Positions 38,775 to 51,374 are shown, counted from the first letter of the stretch. The stretch is 64,000 bases of DNA from Marsupella aquatica (GCA_973895155.1 OZ316892.1:16854357-16918356); one strand, 5' to 3'. Numbers and translations: made by a program. Notes: a model not told the origin generated them from the letters alone.

Positions 38775-39551
38775 TCATATGCCACAGGACGTTATTTTTC
38801 TGTGGCTAGGCAAATCACTTGACTTCACTGCTGCGTCCCCCAACCGCGGTCTAGGTGAAAGCTTCTCCAGCAGAGACTGTCGGAGAGGACGGACATGATC
38901 AGGTGCGAACTTCGCTACGGTAACTGAGCCATTGAGAGCCTTCGGAGATATACTTGGGCTGGAAACTCCGATTGGCTGGCTACAGTATGAAATGGTCGGC
39001 GCAGCATACGAACTTTCTTCCTCGTCGGCGGCCCAACCACTAGCATCACTCTCGATTTCGTCATCGTCATGTTCACTGTTCGAAGCGGCGTCTTCGTCTT
39101 TCATCAGATTGATGAAGCTTGCGAGTTCTTCCACCAATGTGAGCGTCTCCACAGACGGCAAGCCATCTGTTCCCACACCTAATTGCGCTAATGAAGAAAA
39201 CGAAGACGAGAAACTGCTTGAGCTGAAGGCTGCAGGTGATAAGGGCTCGTCCCCGCTGAGGTTACATGAGATGTTACCGGAGTGGAACTTCTTCTCCCCG
39301 AAGCTTTGGACAGACATTGACCTGTACATCCGGCCACTGCGACCACTGGGCCCCGAAACTTTAACCTTAGCAGATGGCGAGCAAGCAGGGGACCCCTTGA
39401 ATGCAGAATCTATCGCATGAAGGGCACACCCGCAGTATCGGTGGTAATGATTTTTGTCGAAGCAATTGTGCGCACAAGCACTGGTGATCGGCCCCGTTGC
39501 CCAATTAAAAGGCCCGTTCGAGAGCGACTCCACAATTGAGCCAAAATCCAT
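38775..39551 (-). CDS. Hypothetical intronless 258-aa protein
   Basis: ATG in accATGg context and a long ORF with a Cys/His cluster, Ser-rich and acidic tracts. The upstream region is GC-rich and non-repetitive. No recognisable domain. Confidence 0.5.
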   Translation of the reverse strand: MDFGSIVESLSNGPFNWATGPITSACAHNCFDKNHYHRYCGCALHAIDSAFKGSPACSPSAKVKVSGPSGRSGRMYRSMSVQSFGEKKFHSGNISCNLSGDEPLSPAAFSSSSFSSSFSSLAQLGVGTDGLPSVETLTLVEELASFINLMKDEDAASNSEHDDDEIESDASGWAADEEESSYAAPTISYCSQPIGVSSPSISPKALNGSVTVAKFAPDHVRPLRQSLLEKLSPRPRLGDAAVKSSDLPSHRKITSCGI

Positions 39552-41659
39552 GGTGAGGAATCAGGAGGAATGCTACTCAGTGCCTTTCCGTCCGTTACCA
39601 CGCAAGAAACCTATAAAGTACGCTGCTAGCTGAGGGATAGCACACCTCAACAATTCCCCGTTATCAATCCTGCATTCCACGCCAACAATCTTTCTTTCTG
39701 AGGGGGCGTCCAGTTGGTGTCGATGATCGTGGTCGTGACAACAGTCCTCGACACCACCGATTAACTGACAGTTCCAAGGAGGAAGGAGAGTGTGTTAGTA
39801 GGAACATAATACGGTAGACAGGGATCCCACAACCGTGAATGCTTCGTCCGCCACGACACTTCAATCAGCGCTGCGCGCCTCTGCTGTTCCACGGACTCGT
39901 GAATTCTTTCGAGACAGAGTGCACGACAGTCTTGCTTCTTGATATCTTTGTACTGTCCGTTGCCCGGTCTTTCGTCGTTTCACCCAGACACGCCCAAAAT
40001 CGGACTAATCTGGATTGCTGTGGTCCCTTCTCATTCCCTCCCTTCTCATTCAAGTTTTCACGACACACTCGTCTTTGACGTCGTGATCCCACCTCGCCGC
40101 TTTCTGTCTGGACAGCAGAATTGCTTCGCCAAGCAGGTAAAGCGAGAGAGAAGTCGCGTCCGCAGTGCTTCCTTTTGCCCTGAATCCCTCTCTCCACCTG
40201 TTCCCTCCTGGTGTCAAGACTCGTTTCCAACCTGGCCAACATACACGAACGCGGCAACGAGCTGCCTCTGTACAATCTGCTCAAATCAAATCCACGAAGC
40301 GAGTACAAGAAGTTTCAGATCGTCGTGTTTACGGGCCTCCCGGTCTGCCACTCTGCGGAGAGCGTCCGTCCGTCCGTCAGTCGGAGCTCAGCACAAGAGC
40401 AGGGCCGCTGCGCAATGGGGTGGAGGTTATAGGCCCTTGAAAATCTGCTGCAATGCAAAGTAATAATTTATTATCTCGAAAGGGTCCGCTTCCTGCCTCG
40501 GGACCTCCACCCCCCGCTTGCCGCTACAACCCGCAACGACACAAGCGAACAAACTACGGTGAACGACTCAGCAGCGAGCATACCCATGCACCCGTCCGCC
40601 CATGCACCCCCACTTTCCACCGCTGCTTATTATAATCAAACCACCCCCCGCTCCGAAGGCCCCGCTCGCCCCCTTGTCCCTTCCCTTTCCTTTCTTTGTG
40701 AGCGACTGAAGTAGTACTGAACCCTCTACTTTAGTTTATAGTTTCTACAGTCCTCGGTAATTATACATACCGACAGTATAGGGCCGCGCCACCCCCACTC
40801 GCGGCACGCTTTGTCCTTCTTGTTCCGTTACTGGACCGTGGATGGACGGACAAAGGTGAACGGAGGGACGGACTTATGAACGGGACGGGTGGGAGTTCGC
40901 ACCGGACGAAACAAAGCAGTGTCCATGAACGGCTTGGAGGCGGTATGGACTCCCTAAATAAGGGACCACTATGGGGGGGCATCTGGGAGCAGCTCCACCG
41001 TTCCCCAGCGAAGGAGGGCGACTTCACCGAGGCGAGGAAGCATGGGAGGGCGACTTCGCCGAGGCGAGGGAGAATGCCCGACCACCTGCGCTCCGTCCGT
41101 TCAGTTGTCCGTTCATTCAATGGTTAGTAGAACAACACGGGCCAGTCGAGCTGCTCTGAGTCTCTGACCTCTGCCTCTGCGCTGTAGGCCCGTTCACACC
41201 GTTCGTTTCCGCACCACGCAGTCTTTACTACTCGAGGTCCGCCCCGAAAGCGCCGTCGAGTGTGTCCCTCGGTCAGTGAGACCGCGAGGTTCGTGTCACT
41301 CGTTTGGACGGCGCAGCCTTTCTCTTCACTCTCTTTCTCTCCCTGTGATAGTGTGATGGGGAGTACCGTATTTAACTGACCGTATTCAAAATGAACGGCA
41401 CAGCAGCGTCTGTCCGTGCGACTTGCCTTGCATGCAGTTTATTCCCTCCCTCCGTCAACATCAGAGCGATCCTTCTGTTCTAACTCTCGGAGTCGGTATT
41501 ATTTTGTCGCTCTACAGCAATCCTGGACGGGTAGCAGTGCAGCAAGGACATTGACGACATGACTCATCCGACCTGGCACCAAGTTACCGGTTCATTCATT
41601 GATTCCTGATTCGCAGGGCACATGATTTAGGTCTACCGTTTCGTGAAAAATCCATTTAC

Positions 41660-42830
41660 TATCTTGGGGTCCCATTTTTAGATGCTTTGAATTTGCCCAA
41701 ATTTATTTGTGGAGCTCTCCCTTTTCGGGCCCACCCTCGGCCTTGCTCGGTCCCTGAATGCGTGGAGTGTGGTTCTTATTATTTGCAAAGGGGTTGTTTT
41801 GGCCAGTCCTGCCTGAGTTCTGATTTTTGATTGCAGCATCAACACACCATTCCTAGCATGGTATGAGATGCACCTTCAGACTCGGTTTCCGCGCATCTTT
41901 TATCTTCATAGGGCTTTTGTCTTCACAGGGCTTTGGGTCAGGAACCTGCTAGCAGTAGTTGGGATGAGTTCATTCATCTTTACCATAGTAACGGGCCTTT
42001 GGCTTTTGTCTACCTCACCATGCTTCCTTGGTCATCCCACTTGTGTTTGCAGAGTATCTTTGGACCTAGTGGGAGTCCATATCCTTTGTTATGGTCATGG
42101 TCGTGAGGGATGGCAACTCACAGCAATGTTTGTGACTAAGTGGCAACCCTGGCCCATAACTCAGGGTTCCATGTGATGATGGAGTAGAGGCATGTGTTGC
42201 CACCTTGGGATGGGGTTCCTGATTGACTGCTGGATGATCTGGTCTTTCACTGGCTAGCCCTGGCTAGTGTATGGGCTCTTGGGGATGTGATCATTGCTGA
42301 CCCTACTGGCGCGACAAACTTTGTTATAGCTGCCCATGTAACCTGCCATGCCACCCTGTGGGCTCCACAGCTTAAGGGCCAACTCGCATGTAGTCGGCCC
42401 TAAGGAATGCGGCCCTTAGAATGGAGGAAGTTCAGGATTCTGCGCGATCTGTGGTAACAACTAAATAAATCCACCAAAGGCCTTGTGCTCAACATCTGTA
42501 ATGGGGTGCTTTTGTTTTATTTGTCACTCAGGGTCGGGACCTACAAGGGCCGGAACATTTCCGGCCTTTGCCCTGGGTCCCCATAAGACCTGCTGCGAGG
42601 CCTGCCTACATAGGGGCTTACGGTATGGCAGAATCATGAATTAAGAGAATGACACGTCTCAGTTTAAGGGTCGCATTCAGTAGGGCAGACTACATGCAAG
42701 TTGGCTCTAAGGAGGAGGTGTTGATGCACGTTGCCTCAGAGCCCTATTTTACCCATTTGCTTTAGAATTCTTTGGGGATCTACACTCAGTCTTCAACCAT
42801 TTCTTATGGACATGCGCAGTAGAGAGGCCT
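41660..42830 (+). mobile_element. Decayed RLE-type (CRE/NeSL-like) non-LTR retrotransposon 3' part, interrupted by a MITE
   Basis: CVC..HILC.GHG..H zinc knuckle, HVLPP, LGDVIIADPT, QLKEE, FALEFFGDLH, with many frameshifts. Confidence 0.65.
42376..42707. mobile_element. Tourist-like MITE, 332 bp
   Basis: ~27-bp TIR GGGCCAACTCGCATGTAGTCGGCCCTA vs TAGGGCAGACTACATGCAAGTTGGCTC, with a TAA TSD at 42373-75 and 42708-10. Confidence 0.85.
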
Positions 42831-45800
42831 TACCACCCGGTTTCAATCTGACATTGTTAGACTCATTGGGAAGTTGTTCCAAAATGTTCCGAGCATTTTA
42901 AGCATACCAGAGGTTTCATCCAACACTAGGGAGTCATTGGACATGGATTGAGGGCCATTTGGACTTAAAATTCCAAGTTAACTATTGCCAAGTAGAATGG
43001 AATGAAGATAAAGAAACTAGTGATGGTGCTCCCCTAGTGGAATGCTTGGGCTGGGTTCATAATTAGATGTTGAATTGGAGACGAGTAGGATGCAGTGCAA
43101 CATAGAAAGGATCCAAGATTGAAGTTGATCGACACATTAGCTTCAATGACCATGAAGGTAAAAGCCATTTAAGAATTAGAGAGAAGCAGGATGAGCACTA
43201 ATATAGAGATCCAAATGGCTTTACCTTCCAATTTACTGAGTGAGCTCATCCTTCTAAGTTGTTGTATGATCTGACATGGATTGATCTATTCACATACTGA
43301 TAGGTCAGCACCTAGGTCTCATGCAATGGGGGCGCATGGCTTTGATGCAATACTTCAGATATTTCAAGGGACTTGTCAGTCTGACTGAATTAATATGTGC
43401 TATAGGAGATGGGAAGATTGGGTCCACAAACTAATTTATTGATCTCCAATTTTTGTAAATGTAACTTTTTGTGTCATAGAGCTTTGGGGAACTCCGCTTT
43501 GGAATGGGGACCTTTGCAATTGTAGATAGACTTAATGTGAAGCTTGAATTCTAACTTCATCTGCCACAACGAAAACTACTACCGCTGGACTATGCTTATC
43601 TAGATAGGCAAGCAAACTCTGCAGTTATGTGTTTCTGTGCTACATAGATAACATTCAAAAATGTGAACTCATATACCTGCATGTCTTCACCCTCTGTCCG
43701 CGGTCATAATAGGCAGAGCACAATATTGGCCAGCATCTGTTGGCAGGATCCAATAAGCAACAATATATGAACGTTCCTGGAACTCTTGTCCAGAATGGCA
43801 CATGGCCCCATTACTCCCGAATCTTGTCAAAAAGTTGTCTCACTAGACAGAGAATGAAAAAATAGTCACAACCTCAACAACGTATGTTGTGCCCTCAATC
43901 ACTCAATGAGTCATACAAACTGATGGGGATGCTGTACAGCAAAGATTATTTAAAGGCCAGTTTAAATGATCATATGTTGATTGTCATGCAATTCACTCGG
44001 AAGTAAATAATGCTTTCAGGACCCAAAAATGAACACATATTAGACCTATCCGGACCCTCAATACTTTAGTGCGCATTGGTGATTCTTTTTTCAACTTTGA
44101 TACATTAATTGGTTGCCCCAAAAAATTCCATGCTAATCTTTCCTTTTGTGCTAGTTTTGTCATGTTGTGCCACTTTTTGTCAAGACAGAGTCACCAGTCA
44201 TGTCTGGTTAAATTTTGCATTGAGTGTTGACTCTATTTGAAAACATTTCTTAAACTTGCACTAAACCAGTAGAGCTTTGCGGATAGGTCATTTGTGAAGC
44301 GCATTTCCGTGAAGACTACTTCTCGTTCCAGGAATCCAAAATTGTACACTTAACTTTTTCTTTCGTGCAAGCATCATATACTTACGAGTGCTCCCACTTA
44401 ACTTTTGTACCTCTTTCAAGGCAAGAAACATATCAAAGTCGTCAACAAAGATGACAAAAATCTTCTTTAATTGGAAGAAAGATATCGCCCAGCACCTCCT
44501 GAATATCGCCAAATCGTGCCTAAGAATACCATTGTCCCCTATACCATTTTAAAGTTGATGTAGAATTTACTGACTTATATTTCTATTCAGGGATTCAGGG
44601 CACTGACTTATATTCTATTCAGGGCACGCCACCAAGGGCGTACATATTTGACCAGGCACTTCTGAGTTCTGGAGTACCTTGCTTTTCTTTTTGTCCTCTT
44701 ATGGAAACGTTGGGGGGGGGAGTACCAGCATGGCCTCCCTGCATCTTGCCAATTTGAACCTAAGAGTATTTCCCAGCTTACATTGTACGCGATACTTTAA
44801 TTTAACCACAGTAGTGTATGTTTCTGAAATGTGTCCGAAATGCTAAACGGTACACCTGAGCAAGATATTTGGCACAAATTGATGCCATTTGTGGAGGTAT
44901 CTTAACGTGCCTATTTAGAGCATCTTCGTAATGGTATCCACGTCCACTTATGACAACCAGACAGCCTCACTCCCTTCTTAGCTACACTCTTAAATATAGT
45001 ATTTAGCCTCACACACTAATTAGGGGTAGCCCTTGATTTTCAGCCAAGTGACACTAATTACAGCCACCCCCAATTTTGAAAAATAACTTAACATATTAAA
45101 AAATATTGATAATTAGAGGTGACTATGTTATTGGTGGTAAACCTAAACTGGACCCACTCCAAAATTATCCAGACTACCACCAATATCTCTTTGTGTGTAT
45201 GTTCTTAGAAAGTTTTTTGTGTTTTAGCTTGTCAGTCTTTGTGAAAGGAGGTTGACAAATTGATAACATGGCAGGAATGGATTGGCCATCATAACTGAAT
45301 TTGCTAGAGCAAGGGAATTCAAAAAGAATCAACACTATGGCAAAATGTCACTGGTAATTAACGTGTATCTCCTTTGGCTTATCCTTGCTTCACTTCAAAA
45401 AATGAAAAATGAAGACCCAAAAAATGTAGGGACTAGGATACAGGGCACATCTGGGAAATTGATAAATCCACACAAACATTGTTTTTGACATTGGCAAGGG
45501 ACTCTGTAGCTAAGGGGAACAGTTCTGTTGCATGTCTTATGCACAAAATTCAACATTGAACATTGGTTTGTCTCTAAATGTCAATGGTGTATAGTCTGAA
45601 AATCAACTTACACCTGAGCTTCAGAATAGCATAGCGAAGTATCGAGTGAATTTTGAAGGGGAGTCAAGTTGGCCTTGACATTGATGCTATTGTTGAAGTG
45701 GCTCCTGATGTTGGTGAACCAGGTAAAGAGCCAACTCAACCCACTTCTCTTGGGGCGGTACATCGTCTTGCAAGGATGAGACAAGGGACAGGTTATAAGA

Positions 45801-46599
45801 GAGTAAAAAGGATGTTAGTTTGTAGCTTATGTGAGATAGCATGTGTTATTCATAGTTCATAGAATTAGTTGCGGAACTCGATTACCTTAACACTTAGCTC
45901 CGGCATCGCTAACTCCGACGCCGAGGAGGACTTAGCATGGAGAGACTTGTGGACAACAGGGCGTGGCACTGGCGAAGGCAAGGCGCTAAGCTAGTGACAC
46001 ACTAAGGACTTAGACTAGCTAAGGGCTGGTTGGGTTGAGGGGAAAAGGGCCGGGCTCAAGGTTGGCCGTCCAGACCTCGGACGGACTTTGAATTCTGAGG
46101 GCTTGAGTGAGAACTCCTCTTGGGCCCAAGGCCAATGGAGTTGACTCCATGGGCAACAGACGCTTGGGGTGCGAGTTATGGCCCAATCCGGGTTTGGCCA
46201 ATCGGGGGCCCCGGGCGACAATGGGATCTGAGGGCCTAGGCATGATCACTAGGTCAGCCCGATCACAACAGGCTAAGGCACTCCGCTTGCGAACACCTAA
46301 CTATAAATTTTGGCCCCCCACCTGGACCCCATCCCGCATGTCTGGGCATGCCAAAATTTGGGAACCAAAGTTGGTCCAAAGGTGACAGGTCTCCAGAAGC
46401 ATATATGAGGGAATTGGTGTCTCCCTGGGGGCTAAGGGCGAGCCAAAGTCGTGAGCCACGGCGGTCGCGACACTAAGGGAAAATGCCAAATGGAAACGGT
46501 GATAACTTCCCAACGGGAAGTCCATTGGGGGACTTCTTGGGTGTGTTAGAAAGCTCTCAAGGAGGGCTACATCCTCCTAAACTTAGCTGGGTCTGGGGG

Positions 46600-48528
46600 T
46601 GTTAAACGCTAATTCTTCCCTATGATTAACTCAACATAACCCTTCTCTATTCGTTCACTTTTGCATTAACTGATTAATCGTCCAACAACAGAGTAATCTA
46701 GTAACTCATTTTCATACTCTGAACTTGTAATTTCCATTGAATGTTCTTCAATGTCTACTTCTTCTTTCCATTTCGTGGGTACGATTGACTCAGTTAATAC
46801 TAATCCTTCCCTGTATACAATTTCTATAAATCCACACCACTCACGGTAAGTGAAAATACAAATTGGAATACTCTCTTCCCTTAGCCGACGAGTAATTAGG
46901 TGCAAACCAATCAAACAGATCCACAATTGAATTGGCCTGAGCCTAATTAGTGAGGAATTCTTCCTATCCTCGTTGTTAGTATTCATGCTTCCAGTGATTG
47001 TGATCTGATTAGATCCAATCGTCTCATCGATGCTCCCACCAGGAGTTCAATCAATTACTTATGCGACGGAGTAGATCAAGAAAAGCTATTCGTAAGTAGA
47101 ATGTCAATTCAACGATTACTCCGTTATGCTGTAGGTGTATGACAATTAGATTGTTATTCTTGAAACACACACCCTTCAGCCAGACTCCATTGCTTATGAG
47201 TTGTCTGTTGGTTTGATTTCGTAAGGTGTTACTCCTCAACATGTTCACTCTGAGTGAATTAATCCTCATTCATTCCTACGGTCGGAATATGACCGTCTTA
47301 ACATACTTCTATCTAATTCTCGGGTTATAACTTCAACAGGTTCACCCTTCTTTATAATTCAGATAGTCTCACTCAATCTTCTCTTTAATTTTCCCTCTCC
47401 TCAATTTTTGAATCTATTCACTCTCAGTTCTTACTCTCGCATTCAATCACCATCTCTTCCTGTAAACTTTCTCAACAATGTGCTCATCCAAGAACAATTC
47501 ACCAGATTGTGCCATAATGATTTCTTTACTTCTCAACATCAAAATTCTACTCACATCTGAGTAGGGAATACTTTAAACAATCTACTGATCATCTTAAGGA
47601 AATTCTGGCTTCGCCTTTCAATCAGATTACCTATTGCAAAAGTGACACCCTAATCTATGCTCGTGCCTGCCTTAAATACTATATTCCGGCAAAATTATCA
47701 GTTTCCAACTGCCTGACTAACAAAATGGTTATCTAACTTACTAATCGAACACAACTGCATAGCAGTTAATAAACTGCTATTTTGCGGTTACTAAACCGAT
47801 TGGTGTACTCTGTTTAACTAAGACTACTGCATTGAACATCTTTGTAAGCGATTGCTGGTTGAAGCCGTGGTTTCTGAACTGCCAATGGTTAAGTTTCTCA
47901 ATTCTGATGTCACATGATAGACATTCAATGGATCTTCTGGTTCACTAATGTTCAAAAAAATGATTACTCGTTCAGCGGCAATTAGCCTCCAGCAATGACG
48001 TTGACGTTGATTGAGTTCTCGTCCCAACGTCAGGTTCCACTTTGATGACATGATTCCCCTGCAAAATTCTTCAACAGCTTCTTGAGTAGTCAACTGTCGT
48101 TGAAAAGTTTCACCATTCATGGCGAAAAGCTGTTGCCCCGCTTCATTCCATACTCGATAGTCTCCCTCCCTAAGGTGGATCATAAATCGGAACATGGGCT
48201 TCCCCTCTCCTATGAGCTTGCAAATATGAGTGCCTCGATCTCTACTAAAAATGTTCGATTGTTCTTCTCCCATTTGCCTTCGTTGTCTTGCTTTCACCCC
48301 CAGAGCGCAATCTCTTTCGTCTCCTAACTTGGTATCGCATCCTTCATAGCAAAACCCTAATCTGGTACTACTCCATATAGCAAAAATTGTCGTGCCTTCT
48401 AATGTTAATCTCCCAGCCATCTTACTAAAGCTATTCCTACCTGCCACTGATCCCCTTAAATACTTGATCTATTATCTTCCGCTTGACGTTTCTCCACTAA
48501 TTCTACTTAATTATTTTCTCGGTTTACA
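46600..48528. mobile_element. Inner 1,929-bp TG..CA element (solo-LTR-like) carrying ORFs
   Basis: TGTTAAAC...GTTTACA termini with a perfect GGGGG TSD (46595-99 and 48529-33) and a sharp switch to AT-rich composition at both edges. Confidence 0.75.
47824..48420 (-). CDS. Stand-alone RPA70 C-terminal OB/Zn-fold-like protein, 198 aa
   Basis: FCYEGCDTKLGDERDC..PMFRFMIHL..VWNEAGQQLFAMNGETF parallels plant RPA70 DBD-C (FCYTACPLMIGDKQC..YRYLL..F.E.AE.I.G.SA..L, recalled). TATTTAAG lies ~40 nt upstream. Confidence 0.65.
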   Translation of the reverse strand: MAGRLTLEGTTIFAIWSSTRLGFCYEGCDTKLGDERDCALGVKARQRRQMGEEQSNIFSRDRGTHICKLIGEGKPMFRFMIHLREGDYRVWNEAGQQLFAMNGETFQRQLTTQEAVEEFCRGIMSSKWNLTLGRELNQRQRHCWRLIAAERVIIFLNISEPEDPLNVYHVTSELRNLTIGSSETTASTSNRLQRCSMQ

Positions 48529-50042
48529 GGGGGTGCCATAGGTTCTTGGGGTTTGCGGGGGCTATCTCGCTTGCTTGCCAAATCCTGCCAAAATAGCAGC
48601 CAAGCCGCGTCGAGTCTCTCAAGGGAGCTTGTGTTGGGGAGGCAAGGCCAAGTAGGCGTGGAGGTTGATTTCCAAGGGCACTTGGCCCCTAGACCATCAG
48701 TTGGGGAAGAACTAGGAGTTGGTTGCTATAGTCGGGGCCATTCTGGTCCCGACGTGTTGGGACAAGCTTTAGGACAAGCTATGCTATTTAGGCCATGAGC
48801 ATGTCCTGGGGGCAGGGCGGTCAGTTAGTGATGGATAGGTACGAGGGGGAACCCGGGCCGCACCCAAGGCAGGAGTTGTCACTAGTAGAAACCAGGGCAA
48901 TTTAGACTGAACCTTTTAGGACTAAGCCCACTAAGTCCTGTTGACAAACTTTAAATGACTGGGAACCATTGCACCGGTTCACACAACTACTAGGATAGAC
49001 TATCAGTGCTTAATGGTTTATTAAAAGACTATTAAAGGTAACTTTGCTACTTTGTGAAGGTTGAACACTCTAGAATGTCAATGGTTGAATTGTTGACTAC
49101 TGAGCATGGTCATGGGGTTGCACACCGGATTAAACCACCTCTTCATTGTGTTCATAGTGATTCGACTCAAGGAGACGTAGTTTTCCTCCACCCTAAAAGG
49201 GCATGGGTCAGATTGCCAAATAGTAAGTCCTATATGCTCAATTCATTCATCGGCCTTGCTATGCATGGGCAACATATACAATTTCTATTTAGGGTGCTTG
49301 GCTTCACCAACATCCCGTTTTGTTCAAGTTTGCCTAGCCAAGAAAAATGTGCACGCATATTGGGCTCTACTTCACCAACATCCCGCTTTATTGAAGTTTG
49401 CCAGGCCAAGATAAATGTGTAACAGACCCAATATGGCCATGTAGGTAATTAAGGGTTTCCTTTAAAGTTGTCCCTAACCCTGAGCCCAAATTTAACCTGA
49501 CTTGTTTAGGGCCTAATGTAGTATTTTGGTATTTTGGCAATCCTACAAACCCCTTACATGTGCGCAACGGTGCAGACTCAACGGCTCATCTCAACGGATC
49601 ATGGCAGGGTGAAGAGTAAGCGTGACTACTCCCACTAAGTGTTGGTTTAGTGAGTCTTGTGAGTGAAGAGCATCGAATGCATGTCAAATGTTGAGGTTTT
49701 GCAGGGCTTTGTAGTGTTCCAAGGGTTTTACAGTCGCAAGGGATCTTTTCTTCCGGTCTGAGCCGCCCTATTGTGTTTTGCCAAAAAAACGTCGTGCTGC
49801 AAGCTACGATCAGGGCAGCAATGAAAGGTTGTTTCTAAGGACATTTAACTTGGAGGTAGGGTGAAGAAGGTTGCAGCCGCTCCAACCTTAGGTGGGGAGG
49901 ACCTGCGATTGTGGGTCTGCGACTGATATTGCCATCTACTGCGTATCGAGCATGGGACAAACAATGGGTGTCGGTTCTGGTTCCGGCTTATGGCATCGGG
50001 AGGACCTACCATTGACCTACTTACCAATGTCTGTCAAGCTTG

Positions 50043-51374
50043 TGTTAGGATGCTAGACTTAGGAGATCTAGATCCTGAGGGGTTACTTATTGAGATGCTT
50101 GGTTGCTTGTGCAGATAGTGAGGACCGTTGAGTAGCGGTCATGTTGGAGAGCAAGTGCGGCTTTGTATGGGAGGGGCCGCTAGCGGTGCAAGGGGCACCA
50201 GGTAGCTTGCTTGAGGTATTCCGTGGAGGTGCTCAAAAACCAAGGGCACTTAAGCGTGGGTGTTGGGATTGGTGGGGGCGCTGGGCGGCAAGGTCCACCA
50301 CTTGTGGTATTAGAGCAATTATCGGCATAGACACTGGGTCAGAGTTGTGCTAGGTTAAAATCCAAAAATCTTAATGGATTTTTGTGGGGACTTAGTGCTT
50401 CAACATGCACGGTGGGTCGATTGCGGGCAGATTTGGTCACTGGAGACATGGTGAAGAACACTCAATCAAAGAGTGGCAAGAAGGCTCTTCCCGCAAAGGG
50501 AAGAGCACAGGTTCAAGAAGAACATAAGGAAGACGGGTTGACTTGCCTAGATGAACGTTACAAGCAGGACGACGAGGACATGGTGGCCAAATCGTCAACC
50601 GCCGCAGCAAACACGTCAAGTGAAAAACACTATCAACTTAAAGGGAAGGAGGTGGTCGATCCTTTGAAGGACGAGTCAAGCAATGACAGCTCCAACTCAA
50701 ATGAAAGCGATAACGGTTCAAAGACTGAATCAGAGGAAGAGGGTCAGGACCCAAAAGAGGGACTGGTCCCAACCTTAAGAAGGTTGGATGCAAAACCAGG
50801 GGATGATGTCAAGCCGAACGTCATTGTGGATAATTTGACCAAGCAGAACCAGGGCGATGCGGGTGATGCCACAACCCCAAGGTAATGGTGCCTACAAGTC
50901 GCGGGGGGTGTCAGAAATCCACAAGAGAACCTAAGGACAGGCGGCCAGCAATGGAAAGACAATTGAAGGACCATCCTCATACAACCCGCAAGGGCCCAAC
51001 CGCTGATGACGGTTTGGGTCGTTGACCCAAGACCAGTGGTTTATTTATGAGCAATTGGAACACAACAAGGGGGCCCAGATTAAGTGCTTACTTAGTTTGG
51101 GTAGTCAGAGTCTGGGTTAGGATGCTAGACTTGGGAAATCTAGATCCCGAGGGGTTACTTACCGAGACGCTTGGTTGCTTGTGTAGACAGTGAGGACCGT
51201 TGAGTAGCGGTCATGTTGGAGAGCAAATGCGACTTTGCATGGGAGGGGCCGTTGGCGGTGCAAGGGGCACCAGGTAGCTTACTCGAGGTATTCCATGGAA
51301 GCGCTTGGGCACCAAGGGTACTTAGGCGTGGGTGCTGGGATTGGTGGGGGCGCTGGGTGGCAAGGTCCACCACA
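50043..51374 (+). mobile_element. TRIM-like non-autonomous LTR retroelement
   Basis: Direct LTRs at ~50043-50302 and ~51115-51374, possibly extending ~35 bp further 5'. PBS TGGTATTAGAGC (tRNA-iMet type) at 50305, purine tract AAGGGGG at ~51067, and an internal ~145-aa charged ORF at 50448-50885. Confidence 0.85.

Larger units (their letters stand above)
45870..48881. mobile_element. Solo LTR (~1.08 kb after removing the inner insertion)
   Basis: TGCGGAACTC...GAGTTGTCA termini, TTAGT/CTAGT flanks (4/5 TSD), GC-rich and non-coding. Confidence 0.6.

Noticed and set aside
38932-39420. 162-aa plus-strand ORF
   Set aside because: Antisense shadow of the 258-aa ORF.
39626-39647. Partial miR390-complementary site (tgctatccctc-agct) on the minus strand
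   Set aside because: It needs a 3-nt gap near the seed region, and no second site or tasiARF sequence was found.
41012-41069. 25-bp GC-rich direct repeat ggagggcgacttc(a/g)ccgaggcgagg
   Set aside because: Only two copies, consistent with simple local duplication.
43670-44520. Exon-like segments on the minus strand
   Set aside because: Stops in the candidate frames and no recognisable family.
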